This document shows positions 27,249 to 41,249 of a stretch of DNA of 64,000 bases, piece by piece. Origin of the DNA: the human T2T-CHM13v2.0 reference genome, Homo sapiens. The position numbers were made by a program, and so were the translations under genes. The notes below the pieces were generated by a model. It searched no databases, was not told the DNA's origin, and saw only the letters and a list, made by a program, of their open reading frames with translations. Positions within the stretch are counted from its first letter, which is position 1. Every line of letters starts with the position of its first letter. The stretch lies in NCBI RefSeq assembly GCF_009914755.1, contig NC_060928.1. One strand, written 5' to 3'.

Positions 27249-28700
27249 ATGGGAAACACTCAGGCATCAACAGGCTCACCCTTGAAATGCATCCCAAGCC
27301 ATTGGGACCAATTTGACCCACAAACCCTGAAAAAGAAGCAGCTCATTTTTTTCTGCACTGCAGCTTGGCCCCAGTATTCTCTCTCTGATGGGGAAAAATG
27401 GCCACCTGAGGGAAGTACAAATTATAATACTATCCAGCAGCTTGACCTTTTCTGTAAGAGGGAAGGCAAATGGAGTGAAATACCTTATGTCCAAGCTTTC
27501 TTTTTATTGAAGGAGAACACACAACTATGAAAAGCTTGCAATTTACATCCCACAGGAGGACCTCTCAGCTTACCCCCATATCCTAGCCTCCCTATAGCTC
27601 CCCTTCCTATTAATGATAATCCTCCTCTAATCTCCCCGGCCCAGAGGAAATAAGCAAAGAAATCTCCAAAGCACCAAAACCCCTCAGGCTATGTCCCCTT
27701 CAAGCTGTAGGGGGAGGGGAATTTGGCCCAACCCAGGTACATGTCCCCTTCTCCCTCACTGATTTAAAGTAGATCAAGGCAGACCTGGGGAAGTTTTCAG
27801 ATGATCCTGATAGATACATAGATGTCCTACAGGGTAGAGGGCAAACCTTTGACCTCACTTGGAGAGATGTCGTGCTACTCTTAGATCAAACCCTGGCCTT
27901 TAATGAAAAGAATGCAGCTTTAGCTGCAGCCCGAGAGTTTGGAGATACATGGTATCTTCATCAAGTAAATGATAGAATGACAGCCGAAGGAAGGGACAAA
28001 TTCTCTACCAGTCAGCAAGCCATCCCCAGTATGGATCCCCACTGTAACCTTGACTCACATCATGGGGACTGGAGTCGTAAACATCTGTTGATCTGTGATC
28101 TAGAAGGACTAAGGAGAATTAGGAAAAAGCCCATAAATTATTCAATGATGTCCACCACAACTCAGAGAAATGAAGAAAATCCTTCTGCCTTCCTCGAGTG
28201 GCTACGAGAGGCCTTAAGAAAATATACTCCCTTGTCACCCGAATCACTCAAGGGTCAATTGATTCTAAAAGATAAGTTTATTACCCAATCAGCTGCAGAT
28301 ATCAGGAGAAAGCTCCAAAAGCAAGCCCTGGGCCCTGAACAAAATCTGGAGGCATTATTAAACTTGGCAACCTCAGTGTTCTATAATAGGGACCAAGAGG
28401 AACAGGCCCAAAAGGAAAAGCGAGATCAGAGAAAGGCCACAGCCTTAGTCATGGCCTTCAGACAAACAAACCTTGGTGGTTCAGAAAGGACAGAAAATGG
28501 AGCAGGCCAATCACGCAGTAGGGCTTGTTATCAGTGTGGTTTACTAGGACACTTTAAAAAAGATTGTACAATGAGAAACAAGCTGCCCCCTCATCCATGT
28601 CCACTGTGCCAAGGCAATCACTGGAAGGTGCACTGCCCCAGAGGATGAAGTTTCTCTGGGTCAGAAGCCCCCAACCAGATGATCCAACAACAGGACTGAG
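27249..28700 (+). pseudogene. gag: HERV9 gag, disrupted
   Basis: [15 protein letters not shown] start; stop at 27528-27530; capsid ENPSAFLEWLREAL; zinc knuckles CYQCGLLGHFKKDC and CPLCQGNHWKVHC. Confidence 0.9.
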
Positions 28701-31700
28701 GGTTCCTGGGGCAAGTGCTAGCTCATGTCATCACCCTCACTGAGCCCTGTGTAAGTTTAACCATTGAGGGCTAGGAAATTGACTTCCTCCTGGACACTAG
28801 CGTGGCCTTCTCAGTGTTAATCTCCTGTCCTGAACAACTGTCCGCAAGGTCCGTTACCATTCGAGGAATCCTGGGACAGCCTGTAACCAGGTATTTCTCC
28901 CACCTCCTCAGTTGTAATTGGGAGACTTTGCTCTTTTCACATGCCCTTCTTGTTATGCCTAAGAGTCCCACACCCTTATTAGGGAGGCATATATTAGCCA
29001 AGGCTGGAGCTATTATCTACATGAATATGGGGAACAAGTTACCCATTTATTTTCCCCTACTTGAGGAGGGAATCAACCCTGAAGTCTGGGCATTGGAAGG
29101 ACAATTCGGAAGGGCAAAAAAGCCCACCCAGTCCAAATCAGGTTAAAAGATCCCACCACTTTTCCTTTTCAAAGGCAATATCTCTTAAGGCCTGAAGCTC
29201 ATAAAGGATTACAGGATATTGTTAAATATTTAAAAGCTCAAGCCTTAGTAAGGAATTGCAGCAGTCCCTGCAACACTCCAATTCTAGGAGTACAAAAACC
29301 TAATGGTCAGTGGAGACTACTGCAAGATCTTAGACTCATCAATGAGGCAGATATTCCTCTATATCCAGTTGTACCCAACCCCTATACCCTGCTCTCTCAA
29401 ATACAAGAGGAAGCAGAATGGTTCACAGTTCTGGACCTCAAGGATGCCTTCTTCTGTATTCCCCTGCACTCTGACTCCCAGTTTCTCTTTGCCTTTGAGG
29501 ATCCCACAGACCACTCATCCCAACTTACGGGGATGGTCTTGCCCCAAGGGTTTAGGGATAGCCCTCACCTGTTTGGTCAGGCACTGGCCCAAGATCTAGG
29601 CCACTTCTCAAGTCCAGGCACTCTGGTTCTTCAGCATGTGGATGATTTGCTTTTGGCTACCAGTTCAGAAGCCTCATTCCAGGAGGCTACTCTAGATCTC
29701 TTGAACTTTCTAGCTAATCAAGGGTACAAAATGTCTAGGTCTAAGGCCCAGCTTTGCCTACAGCAGGTCAAATATCTAGACCTAATCTTAGCCAGAGGGA
29801 CCAGGACCCTCAGCAAGGAATGAACACAATCTATACTGGCTTATCCTCACTGTAAGATATTAAAACAGTTGTGGGCGTTTCTTGGAATTACCAGCTTTTG
29901 CCGACTGTGGATCCCCAGATACAGTGAGATAGCCAGGCCCCTCTGTACTCTAATCAAGGAAACTTAGAGTGCAAATACTCATCTAGTAGAATGGGAATCT
30001 GAGGCAGAAACAGCCTTCAAAACCTTAAAGCAGGCCCTAGTACAAGCTCGAGCTTATTATTTTTCTTTTTGTTTTTTTTTAATTATACTTTACGTTCTAG
30101 GGTACATGTGCACAATGTGCAGGTTTGTTACATATGTACATGTGGCATGTTGGTGTGCTGCACCCATTAACTCATCATTTACATTAGGTATGTCTCCTAA
30201 TGCTATCCCTCCCCCCTACCCCCACCCCACAACAGGCCCTGGGGTGTGATGTTCCCCTTCCTGTGTCCAAGTGTTCTCATTGATGAATTCCCACCTATGA
30301 GTGAGAACATGCGGTGTTTGGTTTTTCATCCTTGCAATAGTTTGCTGAGAATGATGGTTTCCAGCTTCATCCATGTCCCTAAAAAGGACATGAACTCATC
30401 CTTTTTTATGGCTGCATAGTATTCCATGGTGTTTATGTGCCACATTTTCTTAATCCAGGCTATCATTGATGGACATTTGGGTTGGTTCCAAGTCTTTGCT
30501 ACTGTGAAAGTGCTGCAATAAACATATGTGTGCATGTGTCTTTATAGCAGCATGATTTATAATCCTTTGGGTATATACCCAGTAATGGGATGGCTGGGTC
30601 AAATGGTATTTCTAGTTCTAGATCCCCGAGGAATCGCCACACTGTCTTCCACAATGGTTGAACTAGTTTACAGTCCCACCAACAGTGTAAAAGTGTTCCT
30701 ATTTCTCCACATCCTCTCCAGCACCTGTTGTTTCCTGACTTTTTAATGATTGCCATTCTAAATGGTGTGAGATAATATCTCATTGTGGCTTTGATTTGCA
30801 TTTCTCTGATGGCCAGTGATGATGCAAGCTCCAGCTTTAAGCCTTCTGACAGGACAAAACTTCTCTTTGTACATCACAGAGAGAGCAGGGATAGCTCTTG
30901 GAGTCCTTACTCAGACTCATGGTACAACCCCACAACCAGTGGCATACCTAAGTAAGAAAATTGATGTAGTAGCAAAAGGCTGGCCTCATTGTTTAAGGGC
31001 AGTTGCAGTGGTGGCCATCTTAGTGTCAGAGGCTATCAAGATAATACAAGGAAAGGATCTCACTGTCTGGACTACTCATGATGTAAATGGCATACTAGGT
31101 GCCAAAGGAAGTTTATGGCTATCAGACAACCGCCTACTTAGAAACTAGGCACTACTCCTTGAGGGACCAACCAGTACTTCACATATGCATGTGCATGGCC
31201 CTCAACCCTGCCACTTTTCTCCCAGAGGAGGGGGAACCAATCGAGCATAACTGCCAACAAATTACAGTCCAGACTTATGCCCCCCGAGATGATTTCTTAG
31301 AAGTCCCCTTAGCTAAACCTGACCTTAACCTATATACCGACGGGAGTTCATTTGTGGAGAATGGCATACGAAGGGCAGGTTACGCCATAGTTAGTGATGT
31401 AACCATACTTGAAAGTAAGCCTCTTCCCCCAGGGACCAGTGCCCAGTTAGCAGAACTAGTGGCACTTACCTGAGCCTTAGAACTGGGAAAGGGAAAAAGA
31501 ATAAGCTGGTATGCAGATAGCACATATGCTTATCTAATCCTACATGCCCATGCTGCAATATGGAAAGAAAGGGAGTTCCTAACCTCTGGGGGAACCCCCA
31601 TTAAATACCACAAGGAAATTATACAGTTATTGCATGCAGTGCAAAAACCCAAGGAGGTGGCAGTCTTACACTGCCAAGGCCATCAGAAAGGTGAAGGAGA

Positions 31701-33053
31701 AAAGTCAGAAGGAAACTGCCGGGCAGATGCTGAGGCCAAAATTGCTGTGAGGCGGAACCCTCCATTAGAAATACCTACGGAAGGACCCTTGGTATGGAAC
31801 AACCCCCTCCAAGAGATTAAGCCCCAGTATTCCCAAACCGAAGCAGAGTGGGGACTTTCACGGGGGCATAGTTTTCTCCCCTTGGGGTGGTTGGTGACAG
31901 AAGAAGGAAAGGTACTTATACCCGAAGCCAGCCAGTGGAAAATACTTAAAACCCTCCACCAAACTTTTCATATGGGTATTGAAAACACTAATCAAATGGC
32001 CAAATCCCTATTTACAGGGCCAAATCTCCTCCGTACCATCCGACAGGTAGTCAAAACCTGTGAGGTGTGCCAAAAGAGTAATCCCTTGGTTCATCTGAAG
32101 TCCCCTTTGGAGAAACAAAGAATAGGTCACTATCCTGGAGAGGACTGGCAGTTAGACTTCACCCATATGCCTAAGTCAAAGGGATTTCAATACTTGTTGG
32201 TCTGTATCCTTTACAAATTGGATAGAAGCTTTCCCCTGCAGGACAGAGAAGACTCAGGAAGTGATTAAAGTCCTAATTCATGAAATAATTCCTAGATTTG
32301 GGCTTCCCCAAAGCTTACAGAGTGACAATCATCTGGCTTTAAAGCCACAATAACTCAGGGAATTTCCAGGGCGCTAGGGATACAATGTCACCTTCACTGC
32401 TCCTGGAGGCCACAATCCTCAGGGAAGGTTGAGAAGGCAAATGAAACACTCAAGAGGCACTTAAGGAAACTAACACAAGAAACTCATCTCCCATGGCCTA
32501 CTCTTTTGCCCATGGCCCTGTTGAGAATCCAAAATTCTCCTCACAAAATAGGGCTCAGTCCATATGAAATGCTGTATGGACAACATTTTCTCACAAATCA
32601 CCTCCTACTTCATCAGGAAACGGCCAAATTGGTCAAAGATACAACTTCTTTGGCAAAATATCAAAAAAGCTTAAAAACCTACTGGAAGGATGTCACAGAG
32701 AAAAGGGAACAGAGTTGTTTCAACCAAGAGATCTAGTGTTGGTCAATTCTCTCCCCTCTACCTCCCCATCTATGGACTCTTTGTAGGAAGGAACATACTC
32801 GGTAATCCTCTCTACTCCCACTGCAGTTAAGGTGGCAGGAGTGGAATCTCAGATTCACCAAACCAGAGTTAAACTTTGGACATCCCCTGAGGAACCTGCA
32901 GGACCATCAGCTCAGGAGTCCCAAGATCAGCCAGACCAGCCTCGATACACCTGCGAACCACTGGAGGACTTGCACTTCCTATTTTGGAAGGAAACCTCCC
33001 AGACTAAAAGGGTCCCTACCACTGATCCTGAGGAAAGATCCCTTCCTCCTTAA
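28700..33053 (+). pseudogene. pol: HERV9 pro-pol (protease, RT, RNase H, integrase), disrupted and split by an L1
   Basis: FLLDTS (DTG mutated), LPQGFRDSP, LQHVDDLLL (YVDD mutated), LYTDGSSF, HQTFH..CEVC, WQLDFTHMP. Confidence 0.92.
30056..30824 (-). mobile_element. 5'-truncated L1 (L1PA4/5-like) inserted into HERV9 pol
   Basis: Poly-T tail, L1 3' UTR and ORF2 end on the minus strand; TSD CAAGCTC[G/C]AGCTT at 30043-30055 and 30825-30837. Confidence 0.95.
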
Positions 33054-33211
33054 AAAAGATAAGTGAAAACAACGTACTAACCATACTCTTTGTGATAGGA
33101 CTATATACTCTAGCTCCTGCCAGGACAAAAATCCTAATCACATCAACCTTTTTTCTATCTTCCTTCCTTTTGACAGCAATTTACTCCTACCTTTAATTCA
33201 GACTAGATAAA

Positions 33212-34920
33212 ATGATCTCGTTTTCCAGAGCACCCTCTTTACCTTCCTATTTCCGCTTTGCCTATGTATCCCTCCTGCTTCCTTGGATACCTCATACAAT
33301 CACCCCTCCCCTTCCACTAGGTCCTAATTACCTCTACAAGACTCTCAACTTAACTCACTCTCTGTTGAACCAGTCCAATCCTTCCCTGGCAAATGACTGT
33401 TGGCTTTGTATCTCTCTACCAACCTCTGCCTACGTTGCCACTCCCATTCCCGCAGAAAAACTGGGACTTTACCAACTTAACCTACCACCCTCATTATGAA
33501 GGAAAAGACCCTTTCCGATTTCTAAATATGCAATCATTAGCCGACTTCCCCATATCTGATAGGACCAAGAATACCCCCAGGACGTGCAATCTAACTTTTA
33601 CATTCTTACATTTCCAACCTCATCTATTACACAAGCAATGAAAAGCCCATACAAGGCCCTGTAACCACGAATACTATCTTAACTTTCCAAGCCCCTTTAT
33701 GCATCCAGCACAACCTGTTATCAGGCTTGCCCCTGGGGCACCTACTACCACATCAGTGTAATTACACCCTACAACTTCAAGCCCCAGCTGATCATAGTAA
33801 CTTCCGAGTCACCCAAACAGCTCCATTCAGATGGCTTGTCCACTTCTCAGGGCCCCCCAAAATCATCACCTCCTCCCTGCTTAACAAAAAGTCCAGGTTT
33901 TGTAATGGCAAACATACTCCCTGCATGACCATTCACCCCAGACCCCCTGCAGCAGCGCCCCCACCACTAGTGAATGCCTCCTCATCCCCTCTTTCAATCA
34001 CTCTCTCGAATGGTTCCTAGTGGATACAAAATGTTTTTTTCTACAATGGGAAAATAGAACACAGGGAGCCACACAGTTTGCTCCCAACACCCCTTTCCAG
34101 TCGCCCACTGGAGCTATCTTGGCAAGTACTCTAGGAGTATGGGAAAATGAAAACAACAAACTCACACACCTTTTTAACATGCATAACCAGTTCTGTCTAC
34201 CCAGCCAAGGTATATTCTTCTTATGTGGAACATCGACCTATATCTGCCTCCCCACTAACTGGACAGGCACCTGCACCTTAGTCTTTCTAAGTCCCAACAT
34301 TAACATTGCCCCAGGAAATCAGACCTTATCAGTACTCCTCAAAGCTCAAGTCCATCAGCGCAGAGCCATACAACTAATACCCCTACTTATAGGGTCAGGA
34401 ATGGCTACTGCTACAGGAACGAGAATAGCTGGTTTATCTACTTCATTATCCTACTACCACACACTCTCAAAGGATTTCTCAGACAGTTTGCAAGAAATAA
34501 TGAAATCTATCCTTACTTTACAATCCCGAATAGACTTTCTGGCAGCAGTGACTCTCCAAAACCGCCGAGGCCTAGACGTCCTCACTGCTGAGAAAGGAGG
34601 ACTCTATACCTTCTTAGGGAAGAGTGTTGTTTTTACACTAACCAGTCAGGGATAGTACGAGATGCCACCCAGCATTTACAGGAAAAGGCTTCTGAAATCA
34701 GACAACGCCTTTCAAACTCTTATACCAACCTCTGGAGTTGGGCAACTTGGCTTCTCCCCTTTCTAGGTCCCGTGGCAGCCATCTTGCTGTTACTTGCCTT
34801 TAGGCCCTGTATTTTTAACCTCCTTGTCAAATTTTGTTTCCTCTAGAATCGAGGCCATCAAGCTACAGATGGTCTTACAAATGGAACCCCAAATGAGTTC
34901 AACTAACAACTTCTACTGAC
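33212..34920 (+). pseudogene. env: HERV9 env, frameshifted
   Basis: CWLC motif; cleavage site and fusion peptide QRR/AIQLIPLLIG; immunosuppressive domain LQNRRGLDVLTAEKGG. Confidence 0.9.
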
Positions 34921-35080
34921 CACCCCTGGACCAACCTGCTGGCACTTTCACCGGCCTAGAGAGCTCCTCTCTGGAGAACACTACAACTGCAGGGCCCCTT
35001 CATCACCCCTAGGAAGTAGCTAGAGTGGTCATCGGCCAAACTCCCAACAGCAGTTGGGGTGTCCTGTTTAGAGGGGGGAT

Positions 35081-36365
35081 TGAGAGGTGACAATGTGCTA
35101 GCAGCCCTTGCTTGCTCTCAGCACCTCCTCAGCCTCGGCGTCTGCACTGGCCATGCTTGAGGAGCCCTTCAGCCCACCACTGCACTATGGGAGCCCCTCT
35201 CTGGGCTGGCTGAGGCCGGAGCCAGTTCCCTTTGCTTGTGGGGAGGCGTGGAGGGAGAGGCATGGGTGGGAACTGGGGCTGCACGCGTTGCTCACAGGCC
35301 AGCGTGAGTTCCGGGTGGGCACGGGCTCAGTGGGCATGTACTCAGAACGGCCGGCTGGCACCGCTGGCCCTGGGCCGTGAGGGGCTTAGCACCCAGGCCA
35401 GCAGGTGCAGAGGGTGCTCCAGGTCCCCCAGCACTGCTGGCCCACCCATACCACACTCGAATTCTCACCAGGCCTCAGCTGCCTCCCTGCAAGGAAGGGC
35501 TCGGGACCTGCAGCCTGCCATGCCCGAGACCCACCCCCGGTGGACTCCCACACAGCCCAGGCCTCCCCAACAGGTGCTGCCCCCTGCTCTGTGGCACCAG
35601 GTCCCATCGACCGCCCAAGGGCTGAGGAGTGCAGGCACACAGCACGAGACTGGTGGGAAGCTCTGCCCACGACCCTGGCACGCGATCTGCTAGGTGAAGC
35701 CAGCTGGGCTCCTGAGTCTAGTGGGGACTTGCAGAACTTTTATGTCTAGCTGGAGGATTGTATATGCACCAGTCAGCACTCTGGGTCTAGCTCAGGGATT
35801 GTAAATGCACCAATCAGCACCCTGTCAAAATGGACCAATCAGCTCTCTGTAAAATGGACCAATTAGCTCTCTGTAAAATGGGCCAATCAGCAGGATGTGG
35901 GTGGGGTCAGATAAGGGAATAAAAGCAGGCCACCCGAGCCAGCAGTGGCAACCCGCTCGGGTCCCCTTCCACACTGTGGAAGCTTTGTTCTTTCGCTCTT
36001 TGCAATAAATCTTGCTGCTGCTCACTCTTTGGGTCTGCACTGCCTTTATGAGCTGTAACACTCACTGCAAAGGTCTGCAGCTTCACTCCTGAGGCCAGCG
36101 AGACAATGAACCCACTGGAAGGAATGAACAATTCCAGATGCACCGCCTTTAAGAGCTGTAACACTCACCACGAAGGTCTGCAGCTTCACTCCTGAAGTCA
36201 GCGAGACCAAGAACCCACCAGAAGGAAGAAACTCTGGACACATCTGAACATCTGAAGGAACAAACTCCAGACACACCATCTTTAAGGATTGTAACACTCA
36301 CGGTGAGGGTCCGCGGCTTCATTCTTGAAATCAGCAAGACCAAGAACCCACCAATTCCAGACACA
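35081..36365 (+). promoter_or_regulatory. 3' LTR12 (shorter repeat array), preceded by a polypurine tract
   Basis: PPT AGAGGGGGGAT at 35070-35080; TGAGAGGTGACA ... CCAATTCCAGACACA. Confidence 0.93.
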
Positions 36366-38154
36366 GTGATGCAACCACAACATTGTCAGCTGGTTGCAAG
36401 AAGAATGGCAGATGTTAAGGATCACAAGATTGAATGAAAGTGGTCATCATTTCCAAAATTGTATTCTAGGTGATGCTAATAAGAATACCCCAAATAGGAG
36501 GGGGTATATGGCTATGTGGTTTGATGATATGGGGAGAAGCTGGGTCAAAAAGAGTTACACAATTTTTGTCAATGCAGGACTTCTAGAGTCTTTCATATGC
36601 TAAAGTGAACCTCTATGAGGAGACTATGATATGCAACATTCCCTAATCTTGTTTGAACACAATATTCTTTTTTCTTAAAGATGGTAACATTTGTAGATTA
36701 TTCGTTTTTCATGTAACACAGTTTGAATGAATTACTCAATCTGCGGTGAAAATTATCAGAGTGCATTGCTGACAGAAGGGTTTGCCTCGGGTGTTCACAC
36801 TTACAGCTAGAACAGTGTCATAAACCAGCAAAACCAGGTTGTCTTGTTAGGCGAATTGCAATGTCATCCATAGCAGGGCTACTAAACTGAAGTTCACTTT
36901 ACTAGCTGAGTTGGGAAGGTAGGATGAACAGTAGACAAATGTGTGTAGATATTTTTATTTCTGCTGTTACATGGAGGAAGACACCATCACATTCATCAGA
37001 GATTGAAATAATTTCAGGGTCCAAACAAGCTTAAGAACCAACTGTTCCTTACACAGTAAAAAATAATCTTGCAAAGGTAATATTAACACTGAATTCCAGA
37101 ACCTGCTTTTAATTTCAGACAAATCTCAGCTTCTCTGGAGCTTGGTTCCCTCATCTAAATTATGAAGACGATATTCTTTGTCTTATGTACCATGCAGAGT
37201 TAATATGAATATGAAATTACATGAGATAAAGAGATGCTTAGCTCCAAGTGCTATGCAAATATTAGAATTATTATTGCTACAGTAACATTAAATCATATTT
37301 TCTCCAACAGATGCAATATAGGAAAGGAAAAACATCTGTGGCATTTGGAGATTAGTAATGTGTGCTTTAAAACCACAAACTACAAAGAAATTGGAAGTCA
37401 TCAAAGAAGGAGAACTAAAATCAAAACAAATCTCTCTGTTGGAAAAGCTCAAGATGACAAGTCATGTAATGAATCCATCTGACTCCAGGCAGGAATCCTA
37501 CTGATCTTACATACTTGTGGACACCAACATTTTCAGTGAAAATGGCATTTCAGTGTATTAGTAATATTCCTACTATACACACACACATACGTTAAAAGGA
37601 AACAAATCTAGGGTAGTGGTGGCACTGTAAAAATAGCATCAATTAATATTGTTTATAATTGTTAATAGCTCTATGGCCTTATAACCACGAAATATCAACC
37701 ATTCACACTTCCTAAGTGCCTATATTCGAGAATATAGGGGTTTTAAAAGTTGAGTGTTTACTACATACCAGGTGTCTCATCCATGGTCACATTTAATTCA
37801 GTGAGACAGAAATTATTATCCTTATGTTACACATGAGGAAACTGAGGTCCAGAGAGATGTGATCCAGTTCACACAGCAAGTAGTCATCAGAGGTAGAATT
37901 TAATGTCTGGTCTCTCTGATTCCAAAACACTTTTCAACACATCTGCTGTTACTCCAATTTCAAATAAATAAATAAACAAACTGTAAAGAACTGTTTTCAG
38001 TGATGTAAGATCCAATGTAAAAGTTTAAATAACTGAAAATAAATTTACATTTAATAACTGAAAATAATTTTAAGTAGGAAAATATTTCTATGATCATCCC
38101 AGAAATGTATTTTTATAATTATATACATAGAAGAAATTTCAAAAAGAAAATTAG

Positions 38155-38451
38155 GTTTTTTTCTTTAGAGACAGAGTCTCTCTCTGTCTCCCAGGTGGAG
38201 TGCAGTGGTGCTATCATAGCTCACTGCAGCCTAGAACCTGGACTCAGGTGATCCTCTCATCTCAGCCTCCTGAGTAGCTGAGACTACAGGTGAGCACCAC
38301 CACACTCGGCCAAGTTTTTAAAAAATTTTTTGTACAGACAGGCCCTTGCTATGTTGCCCAGGCTTCTTTGAACTCCTGGCCTCAAGTGATCCTCCCACCT
38401 CTGCCTCCCAAAGTGCTGGGATTACAGGCATGAGTCATCACACCCAGCCTG
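38155..38451 (-). mobile_element. AluJ-type element
   Basis: ATCATAGCTCACTGCAGCC, CTTGCTATGTTGCCCAGGCT, GGCCTCAAGTGATCCTCC. Confidence 0.9.
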
Positions 38452-38881
38452 GAAAATTACTTTTAACAGAAGTAATACTTACTTAGTAAGTGACAGTATA
38501 AGTGGTAAATGAAATAAATAATATAATTTAAATAGAAGAAGCACTTAGTGGCTAATACTTATTGATTGACAATAAGTCAGCACTAAAAAGCATGTGTTAT
38601 ATTTAATAAAATGTTCTCTGATCAATATTACCTATTTTTATACTCATCTGGAAATAGCAAGTTCTGTATGTTATAACTGGGCTGAGGAATGACCTAGTTT
38701 CTTTGCATACTTTTAAGAAACATTTTTACTCTCACAAGTTTTGTAAGGATACTTCACAATCATTAATTTCAACTTTGATAACCACAGCATTCAAGGAAGA
38801 TATTTCCCACTCTTTATTCATCAGCAGAGAAACACCAGCTTCAAAAATACCTTTCTCTGAATATCAATCCATCACCATTTC

Positions 38882-39181
38882 TTTTTTTTTTTTTTTTGAG
38901 ACAGAGTCTCGCTCTGTCGCCCCAGCTGGAGTGCAGTAGCGCTATCGCGGCTCACCGCAAGCTCCGCCTCCTGGGTTCACGTCATTCTCCTGTCTCAGCC
39001 TCCCAAGTAACTGGGACTACAAGAGCCCGCCACCATGCCCGACTAATTTTTTTTTGTATTATTAGTAGAGACGGGGTTTCACCATGTTAGCCAGGATGGT
39101 CTCGATCTCCTGACCTTGTGATCCACCAGCCTTGGCCTCCCAAAGTGCTGGGATTACAGGCGTGAGCCACTGCACCTGGCC
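38882..39181 (-). mobile_element. AluY-type element (first of a tandem pair)
   Basis: GCAAGCTCCGCCTCCTGGGTTCACG, TTAGCCAGGATGGTCTCGATCTCC. Confidence 0.92.
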
Positions 39182-39193
39182 AATCCATCACCC

Positions 39194-39486
<293 letters not shown>

Positions 39487-39590
39487 ATTCATCACCATTT
39501 CTTAAATGAATGAGTAAATAAGATGAGAACCCAGACCAGCATTCCTGGGTAAAAGCTCCAAAGTTTTTTCAGGAGATCCCTCAAACCCAT

Positions 39591-41061
39591 TATGTCCAGA
39601 ATTGGTGGGTTCTTGGTCTCATTGACTTCAAGAATGAAACCGTGGACCCTCACAGTGAGTGTTGCAGTTTTTAAAGGTGGTGTGTCCAGAGTTTGTTCCT
39701 TCTGATGTTCGGATGTGTTCGGAGTTTCTTCCTTCTGGTGGGTTCCTGCTCTCGCTGGCTTCAGGAGTGAAGCTGCAGACCTTCGCAGTGAGTGTTACAG
39801 CTCATAAAGGCAGTGCAGACCCGAAGAGTGAGCAGCAGCAAGCTGTATTGCAAAGAGCGAAGAACAAAGCTTCCACAACACAGAAGGAGACAACAGCAGG
39901 TTACCACTGCTGCCTTCGGCAGCCTGCTTTTATTCCCTTATCTGGCCCCACCCACATCCTGCTGATTGGTCCATTTTACAGAGAGCAGATTGGTCCATTT
40001 TACAGAGAGCTGATTGGTCCGTTTTGACAGGGTGCTGATTGGTGCATTTACAATCCCTGAGCTAGACACAAAAGTTCTCCTGGTCCCCACTAGATTAGCT
40101 AGATATAGAGTGCTGAATGGTGTATTTACAAACCCTGAGCTAGACACAGAGTGCTGATTAGTGCATTTACAAATCTTGAGCTAGACACAGAGTGCTGATT
40201 GGTGTACTGGTGTATTCACAATCCCTTAGCTAGACATAAAGGTTCTCCAAGTCCCCACCAGATCAGCTAGACACAGAGTGCTGATTGGTGCATTTACAAA
40301 CCTTGAGCTAGACACAGGGTGCAGATTGGTGTGTTTACAAACCTTGAGCTATATACAGAGTGCTGATTGATGTATTTACAATCCCTTAGCTAGACATAAA
40401 GGTTCTCCAAGTCCCCACTAGACTCAGGAGCCCAGGTGGCTTCACCCAGTGGATCCTGCACCGGGGCGCAGGTGGAGCTGCCTGCCAGTCCTGAGCCTTG
40501 TGCCCACAATCCTCAGCCCTTGGGCGGTGATGGGACTGGTGCCATGGAGCAGGGGGCGGCAATCATTGGGGAGGCTAGTGCAGCGCAGGAGCCCGCGGCT
40601 GCGGGGAGGCTGAAGTATGGCGGGCTGCAGGTCCTCCTGCCCGGCAGGGAGGCAGCTAAGGCCTGGCAAGAAATTGAGCCCCGCGCGGGTGGGCCGGCAC
40701 TGCTGGGGTACCCGGCGCACCCTCTGCAGCTGCTGGCCCAGGTGCTAAGCTCCTGACTGCCCAGGGCCAGTGTGGCTGGCCGGCCACTCTGAGTGAGGGG
40801 CCCGCCGAGCCCACGCCCACCGGGAACTCGGCTGGCCCCGCAAGCACCACGCAGACCTGGTTCCCACCCGCGCCTCTGCCTCCACACCTCCCCGCAAGCT
40901 GAGGGAGCTGGCTCCGGCCTCGGCCAGCCCAGAAAGGGGCTCCCACAGTGCAGCAGCAGGCTGAAGGGCGCCTCAAGCACGGCCACAGTGGGCGCCGAGG
41001 CCGAGGAGGCACCCAGAGCGAGCCAGGGCTGCGAGGGCTGCCAGCACACTGTCACCTCTCA
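39591..41061 (-). mobile_element. Solo LTR12 (ERV9)
   Basis: Reverse complement of the proviral LTRs; 4-bp TSD CCAT at 39587-39590 and 41062-41065. Confidence 0.95.
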
Positions 41062-41249
41062 CCATGACCTGCAACACAAATGGAAGGAGAATACCAGTTA
41101 GGAGTTCTGCCTGGTGATCAGGGGCTGGAGAGTTCATGTGAGTACAAATAATTATTCTCTCCCCACAAATCCATTTCCTCTGTGGAAGCGTGAGTTACTT
41201 TAGCCCCTGAAAAGACACAGGGAAGCCACATGAAAATGAGAAAAGCATA

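Noticed and set aside
34020-34655. 211-aa env ORF as a syncytin-like domesticated gene
   Set aside because: Env is broken into several frames; this piece lacks a signal peptide and frameshifts before the transmembrane anchor
40436-41101. Overlapping GC-rich ORFs (also 24200-24823 and 35108-35749)
   Set aside because: They arise from stop-poor GC-rich LTR12 U3 sequence, with no coding signature
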